A DNA stretch of 33,093 bases from Vicinamibacterales bacterium (GTDB lineage Bacteria; Acidobacteriota; Vicinamibacteria; Vicinamibacterales; CAVVIG01). Each line of letters begins with the position of its first letter. Position 1 is the stretch's first letter. Location: assembly GCA_035571855.1 (NCBI GenBank), contig DATNBT010000093.1, positions 1-33,093 of the forward strand. The letters are read 5' to 3'. A program made the translations under genes and the position numbers. Positions 23,112 to 31,805 of this stretch are shown piece by piece. Under the pieces are notes generated by a model. That model did no database searches, had not been told where the DNA came from, and saw nothing but the letters and a program-made list of their open reading frames with translations.

Positions 23112-24800
23112 ATGCGGCGCATGAAGCGCTTCATCGCGATCGCCACGCTCCTCGTCTCCGCCACGATCACGGCCCAGCCGAAGGTCGACACCGCCGCGGC
23201 GCTGAAGAGCGTCGCTCCAGATCTGGATCAACGCCTCGCGAAATTCAAGGTCGTGCGGATGCCGTACAACGCGGCCGCGCTCAGCCAGCGCGAACGCGAC
23301 ATGGTCGATCAGCTCGTCGTCGCGCTGCGCGCCCTCGAGAGCATGTACTGGCGGCAGAGCGATCCCGACGGCCTCGCGCTCTACAAAGCGCTCGAAGGCG
23401 ACAGCTCGCCGCTCGCGCAGAAAGTGCGCCGGTACCTCGTCATCAACGGCAGCCGGTGGGATCTCGTCGACAGCAACAAGCCGTTCGTGGGGACGCTGCC
23501 GATGCCGCCGGGACATGCGCTCTACCCGCCGGACGTGACGCGGGCGGACATCGAGGCGTACGTCGCCAGGAATCCCGCGCGAAAGCCGGCGATCTACAGC
23601 CCGTACAGCATCGTCACCCGCACCGGCGCGGACAGAAAGGACCTGTCGGGCGAGTTCTACCACAGCAAGTTCGTCGAGTTCACACGGCCGGCGGCGGCCG
23701 CGCTGCGGAAGGCGGCCGACTTTTCGGACGATCCCGCGTTCGCGAACTTCCTCCGCCTCCGCGCGACAGCGATTCTCAATGACGACTACTACAACAGCGA
23801 CATCGCGTGGCTGGATCTCAAGAACCCGAAGTTCGACATCATCTACGCGCCGTACGAGACGTATCTCGACGATTTGCTCGGCGTGAAGACGTCGTACGGC
23901 GCCTCGATCCTGATCCGCAACGAAGCGGAGAGCCAGAAGCTCGACGTCTACGAGCGCTACGTCGCCGACATCCAGGACTCGCTGCCGCTCGCGGCCGAAG
24001 ATCGGCCGTCGGTCCGCGGACACGCGACGCCGATGGAGGTGATGGACGCGCCGTTCCGCGCCGGCGATCTGCGCCATGGCTACCAGGCGGTCGCCGACAA
24101 CCTGCCGAACGATCCGCGCATCCACCAGCAGAAAGGCACCAAGAAGATTTTCTTCAAGAACTTCATGGACGCGCGCGTCACCGAAGTCATCCTGCCGCTC
24201 GCGGCCAGGGTGATGGACCCCGGCCAGGCGAAGCAGGCCTCCGCCGATGGCTACATGGGGTCGACGCTGATGCATGAGATCTGTCATGGCCTCGGCCCCG
24301 CCTTCTCGCGGGTGAACGGGCAACAAATGGACATCCGCGAGGCGATCGGCGGCATCTTCGGCGGCCTCGAAGAAGCGAAAGCCGACGTCGTCGGCATGCT
24401 GTCGCTGAAGTGGCTCGTCGACAAGGGCGCGCTGCCGAAAGAGCGCCTGCCGGAGTACTACGCGTCCTATGTCGCCGGAATTTTCCGGACCGTGCGGTTC
24501 GGCACCGGCGAGGCGCACGGCCGCGCCGAGATGATGGAGTTCAACTACCTCGCCGAGCAGGGCGCGATCGTCGGCGGCGGCGGACGGTTCATCATCAACT
24601 ACGAGAGGATGCCGGCGGCCATCGCGTCGCTCGCGAAGGAGCTGCTCGAGCAGGAAGCGACCGGCAACCGCGCGCGCGCCGAAGCGTGGTTCGCGAAGTA
24701 CGACAGGATGCCGCCGGCGCTGACGAACGTGCTTGCGGCGGCGAAGGACGTGCCGGTCGACGTCGATCCGGTCTTCTCCTTCCCGGATAACATCCGCTAG
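23112..24800 (+). CDS. Secreted zinc metallopeptidase, DPP III (M49)-like
   Basis: Signal peptide MRRMKRFIAIATLLVSATITAQP. Zinc motif LMHEICHGLG (HExxH), followed about 30 residues later by LEEAKADVVG (EExxAD). This resembles the two-motif arrangement of M49-family enzymes. The family assignment is from memory and not a search. Confidence 0.8.
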   Translation: MRRMKRFIAIATLLVSATITAQPKVDTAAALKSVAPDLDQRLAKFKVVRMPYNAAALSQRERDMVDQLVVALRALESMYWRQSDPDGLALYKALEGDSSPLAQKVRRYLVINGSRWDLVDSNKPFVGTLPMPPGHALYPPDVTRADIEAYVARNPARKPAIYSPYSIVTRTGADRKDLSGEFYHSKFVEFTRPAAAALRKAADFSDDPAFANFLRLRATAILNDDYYNSDIAWLDLKNPKFDIIYAPYETYLDDLLGVKTSYGASILIRNEAESQKLDVYERYVADIQDSLPLAAEDRPSVRGHATPMEVMDAPFRAGDLRHGYQAVADNLPNDPRIHQQKGTKKIFFKNFMDARVTEVILPLAARVMDPGQAKQASADGYMGSTLMHEICHGLGPAFSRVNGQQMDIREAIGGIFGGLEEAKADVVGMLSLKWLVDKGALPKERLPEYYASYVAGIFRTVRFGTGEAHGRAEMMEFNYLAEQGAIVGGGGRFIINYERMPAAIASLAKELLEQEATGNRARAEAWFAKYDRMPPALTNVLAAAKDVPVDVDPVFSFPDNIR

Positions 24801-24818
24801 GCAGGCCTGAAGGCCTGC
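24801..24818. repeat. REP-like hairpin GCAGGCC-TGAA-GGCCTGC
   Basis: Identical to 9114..9131. It starts immediately after the peptidase stop (TAG 24798..24800) and ends 5 nt before the ATG of the next gene, so it fills most of the 23-nt spacer. Confidence 0.55.
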
Positions 24819-24823
24819 GCTGC

Positions 24824-25741
24824 ATGCTCAACGTCCCGCTCGTCGGCTCGATCTTCGCGTCGGACATCCTGCCGATCTTCATCCTCGCCGCGGTGGGCTT
24901 CGTCCTCGCCCGCCGCTTCCGCGCCGAAGTGCGGACGCTGTCGACCGTCGCCTTCAACGCGCTGTCGCCGTGTCTTGTCTTTTATCAGCTCGTCACGACG
25001 GAAATCAGCGGATCGCAGTCGCTGCGCGTCGCCGCGTTCTGCGTCCTGCTGACGATCGCCGTCGGGATCGTCGCGAGGCTGGTGTCGCTGCCGCTGCGCC
25101 TGGACCGGATGACGCTCAGCAGCTTCCTGCTGGTGGCGATGTTCTCCAACAGCGGCAACTACGCGCTGCCGGTCGTGCTGTTCGCCTTCGGGAAAGAGGC
25201 GCTCGCGTTCGCCAGCGTCTACTTCGTCACGAGCGCCATCCTTATATATACGGCTGGCATTCTGGTCGCCGCGAGCGGCCACGGCAGCATGAGGCTCGCG
25301 CTCACGCGGCTGCTGAAGGTGCCCGCGATCTACGCGGTCACCGCCGCCGTCATCGTCCTCGGCACGCACACGACGGTCCCGCCCGTCGTCCTGCGCCCGG
25401 TTGGACTGCTGAGCGATGCCGCGATTCCTGTCATGCTGCTCGTCCTGGGCATGCAGCTCGAGCGCGCGGTCATGCCGAAGCGCCCGGCCGCCGTGGCCGC
25501 GGCAGTGGTGCTGTCGCTGGCCGTCGCGCCGGTCATCGCGTTCGGGTTGACGACGATGCTGGGAATTGCCGGCGCCGCGCGTCAGGCCGCGATCATCGAG
25601 GCGTCGATGCCGGCCGCCGTGGTGACCACGGTGCTCGCGCTCGAATTCGATCTCGATGCGGCGTTCTCGACGAGCGTCGTCTTCTTCACGACGATCCTCA
25701 GCCCGCTCACGCTCGTGTGGCTGATCGCGTACCTCAAATGA
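24824..25741 (+). CDS. AEC (auxin efflux carrier) family membrane transporter
   Basis: A 305-aa polytopic membrane protein. The N-terminus MLNVPLVGSIFASDILPIFILAAVGFVLARRF and the overall layout are typical of PF03547-type transporters. Confidence 0.85.
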   Translation: MLNVPLVGSIFASDILPIFILAAVGFVLARRFRAEVRTLSTVAFNALSPCLVFYQLVTTEISGSQSLRVAAFCVLLTIAVGIVARLVSLPLRLDRMTLSSFLLVAMFSNSGNYALPVVLFAFGKEALAFASVYFVTSAILIYTAGILVAASGHGSMRLALTRLLKVPAIYAVTAAVIVLGTHTTVPPVVLRPVGLLSDAAIPVMLLVLGMQLERAVMPKRPAAVAAAVVLSLAVAPVIAFGLTTMLGIAGAARQAAIIEASMPAAVVTTVLALEFDLDAAFSTSVVFFTTILSPLTLVWLIAYLK

Positions 25742-26912
25742 CGCCGTTGCTCCGCCATTCGTCGACGGTCGCCGACGGATAACCCAGTTCCGCGAGAATC
25801 GCGCTCGTATGCTCGCCGAGCGCCGGAATCGCGCCCATGACGGGCTCGACCCCTTCCATGCGCACCGGCGGCACGAGCGCGGGAATCGTGCCCGCGCTCG
25901 ACGGCACGTCCCGCCACGCGCCGCGCGCTTTCAGCTGCGGATGGTCGATGAACTGCAGCAGCGTGTTCATGCTCGCGTTGGCGATGTGCGCGCGATCGAG
26001 GCGGCGAATCACCTCCACGGTGGAGAGCGGCGCAAGTGCTCTGTTGATCTCGGCTTCCATGGCCGCGCGATTCGCGACGCGCTGGTGGTTGCCGAGAAAG
26101 CGCGCGTCGCCGGCGAGCTCGGGACGATCGATCACGTCGCGCGCGAACGTGGCCCATTCGCGATCGTTGTGGAGGCCGAAGATCACTTCGCCGTCGCTCG
26201 TCTTGAACGGGCCGTACGGCGCGATCGTCGCGTGGCTCGCGCCCGTCCGCTTCGGCGGTGCGCCGCCCATGCTGTAGTACATCGCGTAGCCCATCCACTC
26301 GCCGAGCGCCTCGAACAGCGACACCTCGAACGTTGTCCCCTCACCCGTCCGCGCGCGCTGGAGCAGCGCGGTGAGCACGCCCGAGTAGACGTACATGCCG
26401 CCGGCGATGTCGGCGATCGACAGACCCACCTTGGACGGCGTCTCCTCCGTCCCGGTGATCGACACGAGGCCGACTTCGCTCTGCGCCAGCAGGTCGTACG
26501 CTTTCTTGTCCGCGTAGGGGCCGGTGCTGCCGTATCCGCTCAGGCCGCCGGCGATCAGCTTCGGAAACCGGCGGCGCAATTCCGCCGGCGCGAGGCCGAG
26601 GCGGTCCGCGGCGCCCGGCGCGAGGTTCTGCACGAACACGTCGGCGCGGCTGAGCAGGCGCGCCAGGACGTCGCGGCCTTCCTCCCGCTTGACGTCGAGC
26701 GTCAGCGACTCTTTCGACCGGTTGAGCCAGACGAAATGACTCGCGAGGCCTTTGACGGTCGTGTCGTACGCGCGCGCGAAATCGCCGGCGCCCGGGCGCT
26801 CGATCTTGATGACGCGCGCGCCGAGATCGGCGAGCTGGCGCGTCGCAAACGGCACAGCCACCGCTTGTTCGAGCGCGACGACGGTGATGCCGCTCAGGGG
26901 ATGTTCTGTCAT
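25734..26912 (-). CDS. CaiB/BaiF family (class III) CoA-transferase
   Basis: The N-terminal PLSGITVVALEQAVAVPFATRQLADLGARVIKIERPGAGDFARAYD is the family hallmark, and the 392-aa size fits. The 3' end overlaps the convergent AEC gene by 8 nt. Confidence 0.92.
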   Translation of the reverse strand: MTEHPLSGITVVALEQAVAVPFATRQLADLGARVIKIERPGAGDFARAYDTTVKGLASHFVWLNRSKESLTLDVKREEGRDVLARLLSRADVFVQNLAPGAADRLGLAPAELRRRFPKLIAGGLSGYGSTGPYADKKAYDLLAQSEVGLVSITGTEETPSKVGLSIADIAGGMYVYSGVLTALLQRARTGEGTTFEVSLFEALGEWMGYAMYYSMGGAPPKRTGASHATIAPYGPFKTSDGEVIFGLHNDREWATFARDVIDRPELAGDARFLGNHQRVANRAAMEAEINRALAPLSTVEVIRRLDRAHIANASMNTLLQFIDHPQLKARGAWRDVPSSAGTIPALVPPVRMEGVEPVMGAIPALGEHTSAILAELGYPSATVDEWRSNGVI

Positions 26913-26916
26913 CGCG

Positions 26917-26928
26917 ATTGACTATAAT
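26917..26928. promoter_or_regulatory. Candidate divergent -10 elements
   Basis: A perfect TATAAT lies at 26923..26928 on the plus strand, 55 nt before the ABC gene ATG. On the minus strand, TATAGT (26926..26921) lies 8 nt upstream of the CoA-transferase ATG, which would give a leaderless or near-leaderless mRNA. Hexamer resemblance only. Confidence 0.25.
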
Positions 26929-26983
26929 CCGCGAACTCCGACCGAGCGTCAGCGTTAGAATCTTCCCACTCCTTTTAGAACCA

Positions 26984-28756
26984 ATGCCGGACACTGCCGC
27001 GGAAAAAAAGCCGCCCGTACGACCAGCGCGGCCGAAGGGTCCGAACCTGCTCGCGCTGCTGCGGCCGTACCGGCCGCTCGTGGCGCTGCTCGCGGTGCTG
27101 ACGATTGTCGGCAACGCGCTCAACCTCGCGGTCCCCAAGATCGTCGCGCGCGCGATCGACGCCTACACGCAGGGACAGCTCGTGCTGCGTCCGGTGGTGA
27201 TCGAGCTGTCGGCCGTGGCGTTCGGCATCTTCCTGTTCCTGTACCTGCAGAACCTGGCCCAGACGCTGGCGTCCGAGCGCGTCGCGAGGGATCTGCGCAC
27301 GAAGCTCGTCGACAAGATCTCGCGGCAGGACCACGCGTTCATCCAGCAGGTCACGCCCGCGACGCTGCTCACGAACCTCACGTCGGACGTCGACGCCGTG
27401 AAGATGTTCATCTCGCAGGCGGTGGCGTCGCTCATCGCGTCCGTGTTCCTGATCATCGGCGCGAGCGTCCTGCTGCTGTCGATCAACTGGAAGCTCGGCC
27501 TCTCGGTGCTGACGGTCCTCCCGGTCATCGGGATCACGTTCAACGTCGTCCTCAGGCGCGTCCGGAAGCTCTTCATGCAGGCGCAGCAGGCGATCGACCG
27601 GCTGAACAAGGTCATCAACGAGAGCATCCTCGGCGCGGCGCTGATCCGGCTGATGCACTCGGAGCAGGTCGAGTACGTGAAGTTCGTCGGCGCCAGCGGC
27701 GCGGCGCGGGACATCAGCCTCAACATCCTGCGGCTGTTCGCCGCGCTGATTCCCGTCATCACGTTCTCGGTCAACCTCGCGACGCTGATGATTCTGACGA
27801 TGGGCGGCCGCTTCGTCATCAACGGCTCGATGACGCTCGGCGACTTCTCGGCCTTCAACGGCTATCTCTCGATCCTGATCTTCCCGGTCATCATGATCGG
27901 CTTCATGAGCAACGTCATGGCGCAGGCCGGCGCCTCGTACATGCGCCTGTCGATGGTGCTCAACGCGCCGGAGAAGCCGCCGACGGGGACGGCGACCGAC
28001 ACCTTGCGGGGCGACTTCGCCGTGCGGAACGTGAACCTGACGCTCGGCGGCAGGAACGTCCTCCGCGACGTGTCGATCGAAGCCGGGGCCGGCACGCGGA
28101 CCGCCGTGATCGGGCCCACGGCCGCCGGCAAGACGCAGCTGCTCTACCTGATGACGGGGCTGCTCAAGCCGACCTCGGGCACGGTCGAATACGACGGCCG
28201 GAACATCGAGGAGTACCAGAAGGAACGCCTGCACGCGCAGATCGGGTTCGTGTTCCAGGACACGATCGTCTTCAACCTGACGCTGCGCGAGAACATCGCG
28301 TTCAGCAAGACCGTCACGGACGCCGACCTCGAGAAAGCGATCGCGACCGCTGAACTGAAGGACTTCATCGAGTCGCTGCCGGACCGGCTCGACACCGTCG
28401 TGTCCGAGCGCGGCACGAGCCTCTCCGGCGGCCAGAAGCAGCGCGTGATGCTGGCGCGCGCGCTCGCGCTCAATCCGCGCGTGCTGCTGCTCGACGACTT
28501 CACGGCGCGCGTGGACTCGGCCACCGAGCGCCAGATTCTCGAGAACGTCCACCGGAACTACCCCGGCATCACCATCCTCTCGGTGACGCAGAAGATCGAC
28601 GCCGTGAAAGACTTCGACCAGATCGTCGTGCTGATGGAAGGCGAAGTCCTCGCCTCCGGCACTCACACGCGCCTCATGGAGACGTCTCCGGAATACGTGC
28701 AGATTCATGACTCCCAGCGAAGCACCAGCCACTACGAACTACTACGCGCTCAGTAG
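26984..28756 (+). CDS. ABC exporter half-transporter (TMD-NBD), subunit with a degenerate ATPase site
   Basis: Six TM segments followed by an NBD. Walker A is GPTAAGKT and the signature LSGGQKQRV is canonical. Walker B is LLLDDF (Asp in place of the catalytic Glu), and the H-loop position is SVTQKI (Gln in place of His). The start is taken at the MPDTAAEKK ATG (26984), because the ATG at 26918 would leave only 5 nt to the divergent gene. Confidence 0.9.
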   Translation: MPDTAAEKKPPVRPARPKGPNLLALLRPYRPLVALLAVLTIVGNALNLAVPKIVARAIDAYTQGQLVLRPVVIELSAVAFGIFLFLYLQNLAQTLASERVARDLRTKLVDKISRQDHAFIQQVTPATLLTNLTSDVDAVKMFISQAVASLIASVFLIIGASVLLLSINWKLGLSVLTVLPVIGITFNVVLRRVRKLFMQAQQAIDRLNKVINESILGAALIRLMHSEQVEYVKFVGASGAARDISLNILRLFAALIPVITFSVNLATLMILTMGGRFVINGSMTLGDFSAFNGYLSILIFPVIMIGFMSNVMAQAGASYMRLSMVLNAPEKPPTGTATDTLRGDFAVRNVNLTLGGRNVLRDVSIEAGAGTRTAVIGPTAAGKTQLLYLMTGLLKPTSGTVEYDGRNIEEYQKERLHAQIGFVFQDTIVFNLTLRENIAFSKTVTDADLEKAIATAELKDFIESLPDRLDTVVSERGTSLSGGQKQRVMLARALALNPRVLLLDDFTARVDSATERQILENVHRNYPGITILSVTQKIDAVKDFDQIVVLMEGEVLASGTHTRLMETSPEYVQIHDSQRSTSHYELLRAQ

Positions 28757-30503
28757 CCCGGCGGGCCAGCAGGCCGCCCACAAGGCGACGCTCGGCGCGG
28801 CGCTGAAGCGGATCGCGCCGCTCATGGCCGACGAGAAGCGCACCGTGGCGCTCGCCGCCCTCGCCATGCTGACGAGCTCGGTCTGCGGCCTGCTCGGCCC
28901 CGTCATCATCGCGCGCGTCGTGGACGACAACGTCCGCCGCGGCGACTTCGCCGGCGTCCTTCGATGGGCGGCGATTCTGCTCGGGATCTACCTCGTCGGC
29001 CTCGTCGCGACCTACGCGCAGACGCTGGAGATGGGACGCGTCGGCCGGCAGATGCTCTACAAGCTCCGCAACGCGATCTTCACGAAGCTGCAGGAGCTGC
29101 CGGTGGACTTCTTCAACCAGAACAAGGCCGGCGATCTCATCTCGCGCATCAACAACGACACCGACAAGCTGAACGTATTCTTCGCGCAGTCGCTCATGCA
29201 GTTCGCCAGCAACCTGTTCTTCATGACCGGCGCGGCCATCTTCATCCTCACGCTCAACACGAAGCTGGGCCTGGTCGCGCTCGCGCCGGCGCTCGGCGTG
29301 ATCATCGTCACGCGGCTGCTCTCCGCGTGGGTGAAGCACAAGAACCTCGAGAGCCTGCAGTCGCTCGGCGGCATGAGCGCGGAAATCACCGAGAGCCTGA
29401 GCAACTTCAGGGTGATCGTCGCGTTCAACCGCCTCGATTACTTCCGCAGAAAATTCGACGCCGCCAACAGCCAGACGTACACGGCGTCGGTCGACGCGGG
29501 CCTGGCGAACAACCTGTTCCAGCCGATCTACGGCCTCGCGTACAACCTCGCGCAGGTCGCGGTGCTCGCGTACGGCGTGATCCTCATCGGGGAAGGACAG
29601 TTCACCATCGGCCTGCTGATCGGCTTCTTCCTCTACGTGAACAACTTCTACATCCCGCTCCGCCAGCTCGCCGTGGTGTGGACCGCGTATCAGCAGGCGC
29701 TCGCCGCGCTCGATCGCATCTCCGCCGTGCTCCGGCTCGAATCGAATCTCCTCGTCGTGCCGTCGACGGAGGCGCCCCGCCCCGGGGCGGTGCTCGAATT
29801 CGACGGAGTCACGTTCGCGTACCCCGGCGGGCGGGACGTGCTCCGGGACGCGACGTTCAAGCTGGAAGCCGGCAAGACGTACGCGTTCGTCGGGCCGACC
29901 GGCGGCGGCAAGACGACGACGGCATCGCTCATGGCGCGGCTCTACGATCCGACCGCCGGGCGCGTCCTGCTCGACGGCCGGGACATCCGCTCGTGCACGC
30001 CCCAGGAACGGAGCCGCAAGATCGGTTTCATCCTCCAGGATCCGCTGCTCTTCACCGGAACGATTCGCGACAACATCCTGTACGGCAACGAGCGCTACGC
30101 GTCCTGCACCGATGAACAGCTGCTCGCGCTGTTCGCCGAGAGGAATCTGGATCGGCTGCTCACACGCTTCGAGCAGGGACTCCAGACTCCGGTGGCGGCG
30201 AGCGCGACGACGATCAGCCTGGGGCAGAAACAGATCATCGCGTTCATGCGCACGGTGCTGCGGGATCCGGAACTGCTCATCCTGGACGAAGCGACGGCCA
30301 ACATCGACACCGTCACAGAACAGCTGCTGCAGCAGATCATCGACAGGCTGCCGGCGTCGACGACGAAGGTCATCATCGCGCACCGCCTCAACACGATCGC
30401 GGGCGCCGACGAGATCTTCTTCGTCAACGCCGGCGACATCGTCCCCGCCGGATCGATGGAGCAGGCGCTCGACATGCTGCTCCACGGAAAGCGGGCCAGT
30501 TAG
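28707..30503 (+). CDS. ABC exporter half-transporter (TMD-NBD), subunit with the consensus ATPase site
   Basis: Walker A GPTGGGKT, Walker B LLILDEAT and H-loop IIAHRL are all canonical. The signature is degenerate (ISLGQKQ). It overlaps the upstream ABC gene by 50 nt. Confidence 0.9.
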   Translation: MTPSEAPATTNYYALSSPAGQQAAHKATLGAALKRIAPLMADEKRTVALAALAMLTSSVCGLLGPVIIARVVDDNVRRGDFAGVLRWAAILLGIYLVGLVATYAQTLEMGRVGRQMLYKLRNAIFTKLQELPVDFFNQNKAGDLISRINNDTDKLNVFFAQSLMQFASNLFFMTGAAIFILTLNTKLGLVALAPALGVIIVTRLLSAWVKHKNLESLQSLGGMSAEITESLSNFRVIVAFNRLDYFRRKFDAANSQTYTASVDAGLANNLFQPIYGLAYNLAQVAVLAYGVILIGEGQFTIGLLIGFFLYVNNFYIPLRQLAVVWTAYQQALAALDRISAVLRLESNLLVVPSTEAPRPGAVLEFDGVTFAYPGGRDVLRDATFKLEAGKTYAFVGPTGGGKTTTASLMARLYDPTAGRVLLDGRDIRSCTPQERSRKIGFILQDPLLFTGTIRDNILYGNERYASCTDEQLLALFAERNLDRLLTRFEQGLQTPVAASATTISLGQKQIIAFMRTVLRDPELLILDEATANIDTVTEQLLQQIIDRLPASTTKVIIAHRLNTIAGADEIFFVNAGDIVPAGSMEQALDMLLHGKRAS

Positions 30504-30542
30504 GCTCGACACGGCATATGATGTGCCCCGAAGGAGAGACCT

Positions 30543-31805
30543 ATGGCTTCCACACCACGCGGGCGGCGGAGGTTCCTCAAGAAAGGCGCGGCCCTCGCCG
30601 GTCTCGCGCTCGGCGCCGCGAAAACCGCTAGCGCCCAGACTCCCGAACAACACGACCACGGCGGCGCGCCGCAGGATCCGAAGGAGCTCGCCAAGGAGCT
30701 CATCGCCTACGGCGAGCGGTCACATTACGTGAAGTCGGTCCGGGTGCCCGTCGCCGAGCGCATGTCGCCGGACATGTTCGGCCTCACCTTCCACGTGCTG
30801 ACGCCGCTGCAGGACTCGGTCGGCATCATCACGCCGTCCTCGCTCCACTACGTCGCGACGCACCGCGGGTCGTTCGTGCCCGACATCAACCCCGCCGAGC
30901 ACAAGCTGATGATCCACGGCATGGTCGATCGCCCGCTCGTCTTCACCGTGGACGAACTGAAGCGGCTGCCGTCGGTGTCGCGCATTCACTTCATCGAGTG
31001 CCTCGGCAACCGCGCGCAGGCGCGGCACAAGACGGTGCAGGAGACGCACGGGCTCACCAGTTGCGCCGAGTGGACGGGCGTGTCGCTGCCGCTGCTGCTG
31101 AAGGAAGCCGGCGTGCAGAAAGACGCGTCGTGGATCGTCGCGGAAGGCGCCGAGGAAGTGAAAGGCGCGTCCAGTCTTCCGCTCGGGAAAGCGATGGACG
31201 ACTGCTTCGTCGCGTACGCGATGAACGGCGAGGCGATTCGTCCGCAACAGGGTTTTCCGCTGCGGCTGATCGTGCCCGGCTTCGAAGGGATCCACCAGAT
31301 CAAGTATCTGCGCCGGATCAAAGTCGTCGATCGCTACTACATGACGTACGACGACTACGGCCACATCCAGCCGGATGCGCGCGCCGCGTCGCTGACGAAC
31401 ATGATCGGACCGAAGTCCGTCATCACGTTCCCGTCCGGGGGACAGCAGCTGATGGGTCCGGGGTTCTATCAGATCAGCGGCCTCGCGTGGTCCGGCGGCG
31501 GTGCGGTGAAGAGGGTCGACATCTCCACCGACGGCGGCCAGACGTGGCGCGCCGCCGAACTGCAGTCGCCGCTCTACAAGATGGCGCACGCGCGGTTCGG
31601 CCTGAACTGGAAGTGGGACGGCAGGGAATGCGTGCTGATGTCGCGGTGCACCGACGAACTCGGCACGGTGCAGCCGACGCGCGCTGAAGCGGCGAAATAC
31701 TGGAACAAGCCGCTCGACGCCGGCTTCCGCGTCCCGGGCAACGACAACACCGTCCAGCCGTGGCGGATTGCGAGCGATGGGAGCGTGCACAATGGCCTGG
31801 CGTAA
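30543..31805 (+). CDS. soxC: Sulfite-oxidase-family molybdopterin oxidoreductase, SoxC/SorA-like sulfite dehydrogenase catalytic subunit
   Basis: Tat signal RGRRRFLKKGAALAGLALGAAKTASAQ. LTPLQDSVGIITPSSLHYV...HKLMIHGMVDRPLVFTVDELKRLPSVSRIHFIECLGN contains the Mo-ligand Cys motif (EC.GN). A C-terminal dimerisation-domain-like region is present. A strong SD, AAGGAG, lies upstream. No other sox genes are in the window, so the symbol is tentative. Confidence 0.85.
   Translation: MASTPRGRRRFLKKGAALAGLALGAAKTASAQTPEQHDHGGAPQDPKELAKELIAYGERSHYVKSVRVPVAERMSPDMFGLTFHVLTPLQDSVGIITPSSLHYVATHRGSFVPDINPAEHKLMIHGMVDRPLVFTVDELKRLPSVSRIHFIECLGNRAQARHKTVQETHGLTSCAEWTGVSLPLLLKEAGVQKDASWIVAEGAEEVKGASSLPLGKAMDDCFVAYAMNGEAIRPQQGFPLRLIVPGFEGIHQIKYLRRIKVVDRYYMTYDDYGHIQPDARAASLTNMIGPKSVITFPSGGQQLMGPGFYQISGLAWSGGGAVKRVDISTDGGQTWRAAELQSPLYKMAHARFGLNWKWDGRECVLMSRCTDELGTVQPTRAEAAKYWNKPLDAGFRVPGNDNTVQPWRIASDGSVHNGLA

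Noticed and set aside
22998-24518. 506-aa minus-strand ORF antisense to the peptidase gene; likewise 26975..28732 (585 aa) and 28674..30659 (661 aa) antisense to the ABC genes
   Set aside because: These are low-complexity R/D/E/A/V-rich translations without motifs. The sense strands carry an HExxH peptidase and complete Walker A, Walker B and signature motifs. Long stop-free antisense frames are expected at this GC content.
18757-26912. Itaconate/mesaconate-type C5-dicarboxylate degradation, suggested by a class III CoA-transferase plus a MaoC hydratase
   Set aside because: The two genes are 6.5 kb apart, in different transcription units, and no citramalyl-CoA lyase-like gene is present. The resemblance is too partial to assert.
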